NCBI RefSeq assembly: GCF_016432865.1
Contig: NC_067401.1
Location: forward strand, 64,790,001-64,854,000
DNA length: 64,000 bases
Direction of reading: 5' to 3'
Source: Antechinus flavipes
Taxonomy: Eukaryota
Part shown: piece by piece, positions 12,740 through 25,289 of the stretch
How the letters are laid out: each line of letters opens with the position of its first letter
Numbering within the stretch: the first letter of the stretch is position 1
The notes under the pieces: model-generated
What the model saw: only the letters and a program-made list of their open reading frames with translations
The model's database searches: none
Told to the model about the DNA's origin: nothing
Translations under genes and position numbers: made by a program

Positions 12740-13340
12740 TAGAATTATTGAGTCTAAGAGCCAAAGAGGATATCAGAGGTCATCTGGTCCAATCCCCAAC
12801 TGGAGTGGGAATTGTCTCTCCAACATCCCCAGTAAGTGATCATTTAGCTTCTAGAGAATTAAAGATCTCTGGCAACGGAACTCACTACAACTAGGTTCCT
12901 ATTAGATGAATAATGAATCTCCTGAAGCGGTCACATGTAATCACATTTGAACTATTCAAAGTTACAATTACGTATAACATAATAATTAGTTCCAGCCCCA
13001 TGGAAATATGCAGTGGAAATTTGAATAATAAGCTCATCCCAAAATAGTGCCATTTCAGACAGCTCTAACCATTAAAATGTTCTTGCTTATATGGAAACCA
13101 TTTCTGCCTTTTTATAACTTTTTCTTTCTACCCCTTTTGCGTCCAAAGAAAATAAATTCAATCTTTTTTCTACATCCTTCAAAAATTTGAAATCAGATGC
13201 CATTTATGTTTATTTTTCTTCTTTCTTCCTTTCTTTTTGAGTTCTTTCTCTAAACCATTTTGGTTTGGCTACTTTGGATGTAGCATAGCTTCTCAATGTT
13301 CTTCCTATAACGTAACACCCCGAACATAATTTGTTACTCT
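12740..13340 (-). mobile_element. CR1/L3 LINE fragments (ancient)
   Basis: agaggtcatctggtccaatccc...ctctccaacatccccagtaagtgatcat...gacagctctaaccattaaaatgttctt; reverse-complement similarity to the L3 at 31790-32340. Confidence 0.6.
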
Positions 13341-13513
13341 GAAATGTAATTGAGTCAATTGAAAGGCATTGATTAAGCACTTAACCATGTTCTGGCTACT
13401 ATGCTAAGCACTAAAGATACAATGAAAGGCAAAATATATAGTTCTTGACCTCAAAAAGCTCACATTTTAATGACAAAACATGTAAATAAATTGGTAGATA
13501 CAAGATAGTTTTT

Positions 13514-13725
13514 CGTTCAGTCATTTCAGTCATGGCAAACTCTATGATCCCAATTTGAGCTCAGTTTTCTTGGAGTGTTTTGTCATTTCCTTCTCCAACT
13601 CATTTTACAGAGTGGCAAAAAGAGTGAAGTGGCACGACCAGGGTCACACAACTAAGAAATGTCTGAAGCCAGATTTAGACTCAAAAAATTAATCTTCCTG
13701 ATTCTTTCCACTGCACCACCTAACT
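13514..13725 (-). mobile_element. MAR1-type SINE
   Basis: ttcagtcatttcagtc...gtcatttccttctccaactcattttacaga...gcaccacctaactg. Confidence 0.85.
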
Positions 13726-14959
13726 GTCCAAGATACAAGATACAATCAGTGTATTATTATCTCCATTTTACAGATAATGAAACAAAAGCTCAGGGAAGTC
13801 TATTGACTTTTTTTGAGATGATACAACTTCCATGGTCAAGCCAGAATTCAAACTAAATTTCTCTGGTTCCAAAATTTGTTTTCTTTCCTTAACATCATAT
13901 TTCTTCATATGTGACACTAGATGATTACCAAAAGGACTTGGCTCCTCAAGGAACCATTTTCACTCTCACTTTCAACAAATGAGAAAGCAACTTAGGGAGA
14001 AGTAGAACACAAATTTACAAATTTATACACTTGCTATTAATATATTGTTCCCTGAACTTAATGTTCTCATTACCTTACAATGTAAACAGCCAGAGTATTA
14101 ATATCTCATGAAATGTTTCTCCTGAAAAAGACTTTAATCTTATTTAATTATTCTAAACTTGCCACTTTACAATAATGAACAAGTTCCCCCTAATTAGCTG
14201 TTCACAGGAGCCCCAAATGCATTATTACTAAAGCTGAGCTTTCAAATAACTCTATTAGGTAACTGACTGGAAAGTGCTCACCACCAATGCCATCAACTTA
14301 TTCATCAGAAAGAGTGTAGGAGTAGGAGTGATGGAATAATAACAGATGAGCAGTATTTTTAAAGTTTACAAGAGTGAAGGCACCTGCAAAAAAAAAAAAA
14401 AAAAAAACATTTGCCTTTTGAGAATTCATTGGATTAACTCAAATTCTGGAAAAGCATCAAGTAGAATCAACAAGCACTCATTGAGAAGTTCTGTACAAAG
14501 TACATTATTAGGCACCATGGATGAATTTTTAAATGTAAAGAACAGCTGATAGTATATGAGTCAGACTCAAGATTCCAAGGAACATTAAATTGTTAGATCA
14601 TAGACTTACAGATGACTTAGAGGTGATCAAATCCAACTCCTTCATTTTACAGATGAGGCAACTGAGCCTCAGAGAAGGTATTTGCCTAAGTTCACATAAG
14701 GAGTAAGTCTGTCCTGTAAATTGTATATAGACAACATATACTGCAGGAATTGTGAGGATAGGGAGATCATTGGCTGCTCAATAGAAACAGAACAGTTTCA
14801 CAGTGGAAGAATTTTTTCTGAGTCTCAAAGGTAGGGAGGAAAAAAAAATAGGAGATTTGGATAGAAAAATACAAGAGCAAAAGAAATTGCAGGTGGAAAT
14901 ATTGCCTGAACAAAAACAAGAAGGTAGGAAAATTTGAGGTTGTTGAGGAATAATTAGTC

Positions 14960-15480
14960 AATTAACTAGCATTTATTAAGTCATCTGTGATACACCGCAT
15001 GTACACAATGGCATGGTATCTTATCATGTAGACACCAGGAAGTTATTGAAGATTATTGAACAGAAAGTGAAAGGATCAGAGCAGTAGTTTGAAATTACTC
15101 TGGTGGTAGCCCTCAGAATGGACTAAAGTGGTAGGGAGGAGGGTAAGGAGGCAAAGAGATAAATTAGGAGGATGATATTCAGACAAGAGGTCATGAGATA
15201 TTAAATTATAGTGATAACCATGGGGATATACCTTAGGGACAAATGTGAAAAATTCAGATGGGATAGACTCAACAAGACTTGGTAACTAGTTACATATGGA
15301 CAGAAAGGAAAGGAGGAGAGAGTAATTAAAGATGAACATAAGATATCAAGCCTAAGTGACAAGGAGATTGGTGGTTCCATTAAGATAAATAAAGAAATGA
15401 GGGTGATAAGCTAGTTTGAAGATTGAAGATGAAGAATTCAGTTTGGAATATGGTTACACTGAGAAAACATGGATGAGACA
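14960..15480 (-). mobile_element. L2 LINE fragment
   Basis: Purine-rich L2 reverse-strand signature (aagacttggtaactagttacatatgg...gaattcagtttgga...gagacatccagatggag). Confidence 0.65.
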
Positions 15481-15534
15481 TCCAGATGGAGCTATTCTGA
15501 AGCAAAGTAGAAAATACAATTTTAGGATGTAGGG

Positions 15535-15660
15535 GAGAGAAGGGGAAGAAAAGAAAGAGAAAAGTAAGGGAAGAAGAAAAAAAGAGAAAAGGAAAGGAAG
15601 AAGAGAGACGAGGAGAAGAGAGAAATGAAAGGAGAAGAAGAAAAATGAGAAGGAAAGGGT
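15535..15660. repeat. GA-rich low-complexity tract
   Basis: Direct reading. Confidence 0.9.
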
Positions 15661-17304
15661 AGACAATCTTGTAAAAAGAAAGGAACAGAGGAATTAATAT
15701 TTTCCTTGCAGTATTGAAAAAAGTATTGATTCCTCAAACAGGGTGATAATTATATAACCCTCATCCAATAAATGTAAAAGTTTATTGGAAATGGTTGTTA
15801 TTTTTGCAATAGACATATACATATGTAAACATATAAATATGTACACTTTTTATATTTATATTTTTTCTAACTCTCATTTGCTAAAACATTTAGATCCAAG
15901 TTTATAACCACATGAAGAACTACTGAGCTTTGAACTCTGAATTTTGGTATTTGTCAGGCAGAATGTTTTAACAATCATTTGATTCTCTTCTGTAACACTA
16001 ACCTAAAAGAAAGTCCATTAGTCTTACTCTTGCTTTAGAGATGAGCCTCCTGAGGCTAGGGAAGGTTATTGATTTGTATTGGGTTCTCCAGTAAACCAGT
16101 GCTGAAGTCGAAGTAGCTTAAAGCTCATAGTCTGTGAGAACTAGAAGAGATTAACTGCTGGAATCCTACCCTTTGCTGAGTCCATGAATTTACCAGCTTT
16201 GAACACATAAGTAGAATTTGTTACAATAAAAATAATTTGAGTAAAAATTAGAGACAAGGAGAAAAGACATATCAGAGCCTTCTGAGAAAATCAACAAAGA
16301 GCTGTAGTGAAATGTGGCCCCCCAGGAAATGACAAGGTTCTATTCATCAAAGCAAGAAATAGCATGGTCAATTTGATGTAGAGATAGAGATAGTAGTATA
16401 ATTTGGCTGTAAAATTACCACCACTTAGCTGCCCACATACAGAGGATCAAAGATAATTTCTTCTGTTTAATGATTGAAATCATTCTCACACACAAACACA
16501 GCTTCTCCTTCCACCTCCACCTCCACCTCCACTTATGCTGAAAATCTAACATAAACAAATGTTTCTGATGGTTCCCAGAAGGGAGTAGGGATAATGGATC
16601 AGTAAGTTATGAAGAAGGTAGAAAACTTATATGGGCACACATTTCCCAGAATTTTTAGGTTTCTATCTCCTCTTACCTAAAAAGACTTTTTATGTAAGTT
16701 TAGCAGAATTAGGGAAAAAAAAATTCCATTTTGGGAAAGCCTATGGAAACACATTGACTACTTGCAAATATTCCTCCTGAGTGATGACATAAAATACCAT
16801 CATCTGGTGGATAAATTATCTACTATTCCTTCTAGTTCACTGGTTAATTAATTATTTAGTTATATGGTTGCCTGAATGCTCTCTGTAGAGTGCAAAAAAG
16901 AGGGGAATAAGCTACAGTGAAGGTGACATTAGCCTGGAAGCTTCACCTAATCCTACCTCTCCCATCAAAGTGAGTTTAAATGGTGTCAAATGTCTAAATA
17001 TATAAGGAAGTCTCCTCCAATTCCAGGGTACAAGATTCTAAAATGCTAAATTGAAAGCTGGAAGAGACCTCCGTAGTCCAATCCTCTCATTTTACAAATG
17101 GGAAACTGAGGCAAACAGAGGTTAAATGACCTGGTCAAAATCACTCAGTATCTCCTTGAGAAAGTTGTCATTAATAGCATCTATTCTGGTAAGCCAATGC
17201 TTTGAACATGTAATTTTGAGTTAAGAATGGGAGAAATCCATTCTAGGTAAGAGTCTTAATTTTGCCAAGACTCAAACCTGTATCACTTTGATCCAGACTG
17301 TTAT

Positions 17305-17580
17305 AGAAGCAGCTAGGTAATCCAATGAATAGAGTATTGGGTCCCGTATCAGGAAGACCTGAATTTAAATCTGGCTTCAGATACTTGAGAACAGTGTGAT
17401 CACTGTTCCTTTATCTGTAAAATGTGGATAATAAAGTCCCTCCCAAAGCTGTTGTAGAATTAAATGAGATGATCATTGTAAAGCACTTAGGATAATATCT
17501 CAGCACCATAGTAAATGTGATATAAATGTTAGCTATGATTATCATTGTTGCTGTTATTGTTGTTATTATTATAATTATTA
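17305..17580 (+). mobile_element. MIR SINE
   Basis: gcagctaggt...gaagacctgaatttaaatctggc...ctttatctgtaaaatgtggataata...aaatgttagctatgattatc tail. Confidence 0.85.
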
Positions 17581-18810
17581 GTATAATAGAGTGCTGAGCC
17601 TAGAGTCTAGCTGTGTGATCTGGACAAATCATTTAACATCTTGCTGCCTCAGTTTTCTCAATTGTAAAGTGGGTAAATTGCTTAAAGGACAGAACTCACA
17701 TTTTTGCTATTCACTACATCTCAGTTTGGAAAGGCCTCTTTAAGTATAAGAAACAAAAATCTATTTTTTAAGGATTAATAAACCTCCATTCAAATATCTA
17801 TGTTCATTCCCACTTCAGGCAAAATACCAGTGTTCACACATAATTCCTCCCACTCCAGGCAAAATACCTACATTCACACAGGAGGATACTAACATAGCTT
17901 GGGCCCCTGTCTTCTCTCAGGCTCTCAGCTATTATTCTACCTTCTTTGTGACTTGAATGACAAACATGAGACTGAAGACCCCAGACAGAGAACAGAAATT
18001 AAGATAGAAAAAGATGAACTCTCTCTGGGTACTGTAGCATCCCCACCTCCAAGGCCCACCACTTTCTCACAAGCTGTTTCACATGCAGCTTGTCCATCAT
18101 GCATTCAGAACCCTTTTTGGAAATGTAGAAAAGATTCTATGTTGTCATAGAAACAATCACAATCACTGCTACTGTGGGAGCTGATGGGGGAAGGCTTGTG
18201 CTGCTGTGCTATAGCTGCCTCCTTTTAAACATTTCTCAGGCATCCAGGATTAGAAACATTGAAAGGGTTAAAAAAAAAAAAACTAACAAAAAAGTTGACA
18301 TCTTAAAATTTTTACAAAACAATCAGATCCACAAATTTCAAATTTATTGTCAAATATTGGAACATAATTGGGACTAAAAAAAAAAACTGGACAGGACAAT
18401 TCTTTGACAAAGACATATCCAATTAAAAATTGAGGTCTTAACAAGGCAGTACAGGACCTCTGCTCAGCAGCACAGGCCCTACTAGTGGTGAGGAGGGTAA
18501 TAAAACTTCAGCCCTGTGGGACTAATCCTCATCAGAGGCAGATGTACTCATTTCTGCAAACCTATAATTAAGGCAGTGATTAAGGTTAGCCCTGGGAAAG
18601 GAGGTATCCCCTGGGTCTGGCTAAGCTGCCAAGGACCAAGGCTTCAGGGACCACAAGGCCAGGTGTTATGCCTTTTCTTGAATTTATAGCCTCTTTATGA
18701 CTGCTACAGAATGGCTTCGCCTGTAAATCATTAAGACAACATGAAATAGGGCCCTCCTCACACTCCAACACCCACCTAGCTTCCGCAGTGGTTCCCAACA
18801 GCTGACTTAC

Positions 18811-18843
18811 CCTGGTGGCTTCCTCAGCCCACGAGGCTCATGC
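18811..18843 (-). other. Candidate 33-nt cassette exon (unassigned)
   Basis: cctatttctcag|GCATGAGCCTCGTGGGCTGAGGAAGCCACCAGG|gtaagt; one open frame (xHEPRGLRKPPG). No protein recognised. Confidence 0.2.
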
Positions 18844-19129
18844 CTGAGAAATAGGATTGATCCAGCAGCAATAAGCATAAAATGTCTGCTCAAATGTGGA
18901 AGTTCTCAGGGAAAGTACAAAGGATAGAGAAGTGAATTAGATTCCCTACTACTAACACAGTTTGCATTTTTTCCTCTTTCTTAAGGCCCTTTTGGAGTTC
19001 CCTTTATACCAGTCCCCAGATGGTTTTCCCCTTGTTAGTTCTCAGATTGTATAAATCGCACTGATGTCAGAGACCAACCAAGAAATCAAACCCTCCCCAA
19101 CTATGAGAGCAAAGGGAGGACTATTTATC

Positions 19130-19310
19130 ATTTATCTTTTTTGTATATCAGCAACCCCTTTGGCAATTTAGATAAAGCCTATAGGCTTGTTCTCAGGATA
19201 AATATTTTAAATGCACAAAATAAAAATACAAAGGAAACTAATTATATGAAAATATAATTATCCATGTGTATAAACAACAAGTTCACAGAGCTCAGGTTAA
19301 AAACCCATTA
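19130..19310 (+). mobile_element. Non-autonomous hAT-like DNA transposon fragment
   Basis: cccctttggcaatttagataaagcctatagg...ctcaggataatattttaaatgca...aaaggaaactaattatatgaaaatata; homologous copies at 51910-52080, 58835-59010 and, reversed, 44037-44766. Confidence 0.65.
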
Positions 19311-20599
19311 TCATCTAATAGGTCCACTAATTAAGAAGCCCAACTCATGTGGAACAAAGATCAAAACAAAACATCAGGTGAAAACTAAGCAGAAATCAGA
19401 ACCTGCATAGAAGCCAGATGCCAGAACAAGTGACATGATGAGAACTAGCTGGTCAGAAAGGCCAAAACCTCAATGAGCCCATGGAACAAAGCCAGAGGCA
19501 TGATAAATAGTCACCAATCCAGTCAGTTATTCAAGAGATATCCAGAAACTAAAGGAACAGGATGGGATGACGATGAACAAGTCAGGTCACAGATTCTAAG
19601 TTAGGGAATTTGAACTCGGAGGCAAGACTCTGGAATTGGCAGGAGGTAGGTTAAAAAATAATACTGAGGAGTAAAGGAAGGATGAGATGAGCTCAAGAGA
19701 AGTGACCAGGAAGTCCATGTGGGTCTTAAGACTCGGTTAACACACACTAGAGAGTGTGAAGGAAATAAAAAGACCTGGAACCCAAGCTACAGCTCTGTAT
19801 TGGGAGGAAGTTATAGCTTACCCACTCAAATATATGTGTGTACAACTGTGTATATATATGATTTAATCCATATAAAACCCTTTGAGATATCTCTTTTTTA
19901 CACTTGAGGAAACAGGAGTAAAAGAGAGGCTAAGTGACCTTCCTAGTGTCGCACAAAATGTTTGAAGTTAGTTATGAACTCAGATATTCCTGACAGGAGA
20001 TCCAACACTCCAGCCACCAAATCCCCCCAGATGCCTCAATCAGCTGGAAAGGGAAGAGTAACTTTATTTGGAACCTGTTACCATTCCATGGGAACCAATT
20101 AAATAATAAAATAGAAATTTAACAAGACATTGTACTGGATTCTTAGGATTCAGAGGAAAAATAAAACTGTCCCTGAACTCAAAGAACTTACATTTTTCTT
20201 AGAGGTTATAACATATGCACAAATAAGTAAATAAAATATTATACAATATAATTTCAAGAAAGATAAAGCATTGCCAACTTGGAAAACCAGTATACTTCTT
20301 GCAGGAGGTGACAGCTGAGTTGTGCTTTAGAAAGAAATGATAGATGAATAGATTTATTGATTGATTGACATTATGAATTCTAAAAGGAATAAGAATACCA
20401 AAAGGCAGGTAGGTGTTTCAGGAGTTAGACACTGAGCGAGTTTATCGCAATTGAATTGCCATTCCCCCCCCACACACACACAAAAAAAAAACCTCTAGCC
20501 TCAGAGCTTACTAGTTTACACATCTATAGGATCCTCAACAGCAGCTAATTCCCAAGAGGATCAAAGGAGAAATACTTATAAAGCACAATTCTGGTATAT

Positions 20600-20730
20600 A
20601 TAAATGTCAACCATTGTTAAGAGACATAGTGGAGTATATCCAGAGAATATGGTGAAAGGATTCAACACACTTCCATACAAGGCTAAATTGAATGAACTAG
20701 AGATGTTTAGTTTAGGGAAAAATCAGCTGG
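20600..20730 (+). mobile_element. CR1/L3 fragment
   Basis: ggagtatatccagagaatatggtgaaagga...gaactagagatgtttagtttaggga, which corresponds to the CR1 LE.VQRRA..M motif region. Confidence 0.65.
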
Positions 20731-21023
20731 AAAGCAAACTCCATGTTGCCTTATAATTCACCAAACTCCTCTTTTGTGCATGAGGCATTCCCTGCCCAAC
20801 TTATATTCAGTCTGGCTCTTCATTTGTTCTTTGTATCCCCATTACTCAGTGCCCTTCTTGATACACAGGCAGTGCTAAATAAATGAATGAAGCACAAATG
20901 GAATTACTAAGTGTCTATTATGTACAAGTCATTCTGCCTGACACTTGAAGGTTATTAGGTATGATATATGTCCTTCTCTCAAATAGCTTACAATATGAAA
21001 GAGAAAGGAGCAAGTATACAAAT

Positions 21024-21258
21024 GTTGTAGTTCAGTCAATTCAGTCATATCCAACCTTTTGGCCTTTTCTTGGTAAAGATACTAGAATGATTTGCCATTT
21101 CTTTTCCAGTTTATTTTACAGATGAGGAAACTGAGGCAAACAGATTAAGTACTTTGTCCAGGATCACATAGATAATGTATCTAAAATTATAAATGATTTG
21201 AATTCTGGTCTTCCTGATTCCAAGCCCAACATTCTACTCACAATACCACCTAGCTGCT
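21024..21258 (-). mobile_element. MAR1-type SINE
   Basis: Full CORE (ttttacagatgaggaaactgaggcaaacag) with RTE-type tail; flanks share TACAAAT (possible TSD). Confidence 0.9.
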
Positions 21259-21524
21259 CTCATGTACAAATATCTATCACTAAAGGGAGAAAGAGAAAAG
21301 CACAAAGAAAAGAAGTAAATGTAGGCTTTGAAATATTTGAGAATCATGAACTGAACATAATGTTCTGCAAGTAGTCTGATCAGCACAGAACACAACAGCA
21401 CTATTGCTCCTTATTCTGGACATCATAACTGACTTATTCAATTGTCAAGTTACACTAGACTTCTATTAAGTTTGCAGCACATAAAACATTAAAATTCACT
21501 CCAATCTCCAACTATTGCCTATAC

Positions 21525-21716
21525 CAGTGGTTCTCAAACTTTGGTTATCAGTATCTTTATATTATTAAAAGTGACTGAGGAGCTGTCCAAAAAGTTTTTG
21601 TTTATGTAGATTATATTTATATTTACCATATTAGAAACTAATTTTGAATTTGTAGATCTTCCAAAAAGATTTCAGAGATTCCCAGAATTCTTTGAACCAC
21701 ACTTTGAGAACCACTG
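21525..21716. mobile_element. hAT (Charlie-type) MITE, 192 bp
   Basis: Perfect 14-bp TIRs CAGTGGTTCTCAAA (21525-21538) and TTTGAGAACCACTG (21703-21716). 8-bp TSD GCCTATAC/GCCTATAT. Confidence 0.92.
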
Positions 21717-21814
21717 GCCTATATACACCTCAGTCCTCCCATTCCTGAGAGGGTGATTTTTTTTTAACCTAATTATAATATTTTACATTTATCTCTCTAT
21801 TAAATTTTGTCTGC

Positions 21815-22720
21815 AATCAATAATTAACATTTATTAGTCACCTACTATGTATTGGGAGCTATGCCAGGAATTAGGTATGAAAATACAGTAATGAGGCAGA
21901 GAGCTTACATTCTCATGGGGATTTCCACGTGTACAAAATTAGTATTGTAATATGTAAATTATGTAATATTATATGTAAAAAATTAAATGCACAATCAATG
22001 AGGAGATGCTAACAATGGAGGAACTGAAGTTCTCTTGCTAGTAGTAGTGAGCTGCATCCTAAAGAAAGTTCAAAGTTAAGGTGACAATGGAGAAATTCCA
22101 GAAAACACAGATATGGGAAAGTGGATGTTATATGCAAGGAAATGGGATGGGTACAGGGAAATGGAATATTGGGTACAAATAGGCCATTGGCTGGAACATA
22201 AAGTGCTGAGAAGAAGGTGTGTGTAACCATTCTGGTAAAATAATCTAAAGATATACTATGAGGAATTTTAAATGACAACCAAAGAAATTTCTATTTTAAG
22301 CTAAAGGTAAAAGGGAGCCACTGAAACTTCATGAGCAGCAAAATGACAGTGTCAAACCTGCATGCGAATATATTTGGTAGTTGTGTGAAGGATGGGTGGG
22401 AGAAGGAAAGAGGCTAGACATAGGGAAATTAATTTGGAAGTTGTAATAGTCTAAGTGAAAGATAATGATTATGGTGTGAGTAGACAGAAAAATATAGACA
22501 ACAGAAGTTGTGAAGGCAGAATTAATAGGAGTTGGCAACTAATCGGATATGGAAGTGAGATAAGTGAAAGTACAGGGCCATAGGTGACTCAGATTGCAAA
22601 ACTGAATAATTGGGAAAAGTATGATGTCCTTGGCAGTAATAGAAATATTAGGAGGAGAGGTGGATTTTATGAGGAAAGATGATGACTTTTGCTCTGGATG
22701 TGTTATATTTGAGCTGCTTG
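21815..22720 (-). mobile_element. L2 LINE 3' region
   Basis: caatcaataattaacatttattagtcacctactatg 3' end, followed by purine-rich L2 body motifs (gggagccactgaa, gagttggcaactaatcggatatg). Confidence 0.75.
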
Positions 22721-23454
22721 TACAACTGGCAATGTGGGACTGGTGCTCAAGAAAAAAGACTAAGGTTGGATATATAGATAACTTAAATGATATTGCATAG
22801 ATGGTATGAGACAGATAATAAGCTTATGAAATATGTAGCTGATATAACTCTGGAAAGGACAGCTATTTTATTAAAAGACAGAGTTTGCAACCCAAATTGT
22901 TAGAACAGAAAACTAAATCTAATATGATATCTTCATATCTCTGTCCTGAGCTCCAATTCCACATCCCTTAGATATGTATCTAAAAATTGTCCTCCAATTT
23001 GAAATTGAACAATTAATGACTATTTTTTTTTCATTTCAATTATCCAACAGGTTGTGAATCTACCAAGCGGGACCACATGATACCAATTCTGAAGAGCTAT
23101 TGAATTGGGGATGGAGCCAAGGCAGGGACACAGAAATAAGGACCAATACAAGAACCCAGTTATAGGTACTCAGATACAATGCAAAGTTAATCAAATGCAA
23201 CAAGAAATAATACCAGTTATTAGTGCAAAGTCAAAGCAAGGCTAATATGATGGGAAACTATCTGTCAAAGCTTCCCCATAATTCTCATGCCTGAAGATAA
23301 GACTGAAAGTCTTTTTCACAGAGTGAAAGACAGAGTTTAACTTATCAAATAGATAAGTTAAAGGGGTCCCAGCTATAAAGTTTAGAATGTTATGTGGGAA
23401 AAGAAACACTGAAGGATGGAGAAAATCAGTACTAGAAATGAGCAAATATATAAA

Positions 23455-25177
23455 TTTTTTTTTTTTATATATAATAATAGCTTTTTATTTTTTTATTTTA
23501 TTTAATAATAACTTTGTATTGACAGAATCCATGCCAGGGTAATTTTTTACAACATTATCCCTTGCACTTGCTTATGTTTCATTTTTTCCCCTCCCTCCCT
23601 TCACCCCCCCCAAGATGGCAAGCAGTCCTATATATGTTAAATATGTTGCAGTATATCCTAGATATAATACATATTTGCAGAACCAAACAGTTCTCCTGTT
23701 GCACAGGGAGAATTGGATTCAGAAGGTAAAAATAACTCGGGAAGAAAATCAAAAATGCAAATAGTTCACATTCGTTTCCCAGTGTTCCTTCTTTGGGTGT
23801 AACTGTTTCTGTCCAACATTTATCCATTGGAACTCAGTTAGATCTCTTTGTCATAGAAATCCACTTCCATCAGAATACATCCTCATACAATATCGTTGTC
23901 GAAGTGTATAATGATCTCCTGATTCTGCTCATCTCACTTAGCATCAGTCCATGTAAGTCTCTCCAAGCCTCTCTGTATTCATCCTGTTGGTCATTTCTTA
24001 CAGAACAATAATATTCCATAACATTCATATACCACAATTTACCCAGCCATTCTCCAACTGATGGGCATCCATTCATTTTCCAGCTTCTAGCCACTACAAA
24101 CAGGGCTGCCACAAACATTTTGGCACATACAGGTCCCTTTCCTTTCTTTAGTATTTCTTTGGGGTATAAGCCCAGTAGTAGCACTGTTGGATCAAAGGGT
24201 ATGCACAGTTTGATAACTTTTTGGGCATAATTCCAGATTGCTCTCCAGAATGGTTGGATTCGTTCACAACTCCACCAAAAATGCATCAGTGTCCCCGTTT
24301 TCCCGCATCCCCTCCAACATTCATCATTATTTTTTCCTGTCATCTTAGCCAATCTGACAGGTGTGTAGTGATATCTCAGAGTTGTCTTAATTTGCATTTC
24401 TCTGATCAATAGTGATTTGGAACACTCTTTCATGTGAGTGGTAATAATTTCAATTTCATCATCTGAAAATTGTCTGTTCATATCCTTTGACCATTTATCA
24501 ATTGGAGAATGGCTTGATTTTTTATAAATTTGAGTCAGTTCTCTATATATTTTGGAAATGAGACCTTTATCAGAACCTTTAATTGTAAAGATGTTTTCCC
24601 AGTTTGTTGCTTCCCTACTAATCTTGTTTGCATTCGTTCTGTTTGTACAAAGGCTTTTTAATTTGATATAATCAAAATTTTCTATTTTGTGATCGGTAAT
24701 GGTCTCTAGTTCATCTTTGGTCACAAATTTTTTTCTCCTCCACAAGTCTGAGAGATAAACTATCCCATGTTCCTCTAATTTATTTATAATCTCGTTCTTT
24801 ATGCCTAGATCATGGACCCATTTTGATCTTATCTTGGTATATGGTGTTAAGTGTGGGTCCTTGCCTAATTTCTGCCATACTAATTTCCAATTATCCCAGC
24901 AGTTTTTATCAAATAATGAAATCTTATCCCAAAAGTTAGATTCTTTGGGTTTGTCAAACACTAGATTGCTATAGTTGACTATTCTGTCTTGTGAAACTAA
25001 CCTTTTCCACTGATCAACTAATCTATTTCTTAGCCAATACCAAATGGTTTTGGTGACTGCTGCTTTATAATATAATTTTAGATCAGATACAGCTAGGCCA
25101 CCTTCATTTGATTTTTTTTTCATTAATTCCCTTGAGATTCTCGACTTTTTATTGTTCCATATGAATTTTGTTGTTAT
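23455..25177 (-). mobile_element. Young 5'-truncated LINE-1 (~1.7 kb) with poly(A) tail and TSD
   Basis: T12 tail, 3'UTR and ORF2 C-terminal third. TSD CAAATATAT-AAA-TTTTT (23443-23459) versus CAAATATAT-CA-TTTTT (25178-25193). Confidence 0.97.
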
Positions 25178-25189
25178 CAAATATATCAT
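23870..25189 (-). pseudogene. L1 ORF2p C-terminal fragment (post-RT region and cysteine-rich domain), uninterrupted 439 codons
   Basis: GGLAVSDLKLYYKA, WYW..NR..DQW, DPHLTPYTKI, HMKECSKSL.IREMQIKTTLRYH, CWRGCGKTGTLMHFWWSC (C-X3-C-X7-H-X4-C), WYMNVMEYY. Lacks the EN and RT core. Confidence 0.95.
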
Positions 25190-25289
25190 TTTTCAAAAAA
25201 GAAGAGAACTTAGAGCCTGCAAACAATAGACTATTAACTAAAAAATAATACTAACAAATTGGATTGTGTTAAAAGAAGGGGGAATAAGA

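Noticed and set aside
18460-18480. REST/NRSE-like TCAGCAGCACAGGCC
   Set aside because: The right half-site GGACAG is missing and there are too many mismatches.
18802-18822. CTCF-like GCCACCAGGG (minus)
   Set aside because: The 3' half (GGCGC/GGCAG) is replaced by TAAG, so it is only a partial match.
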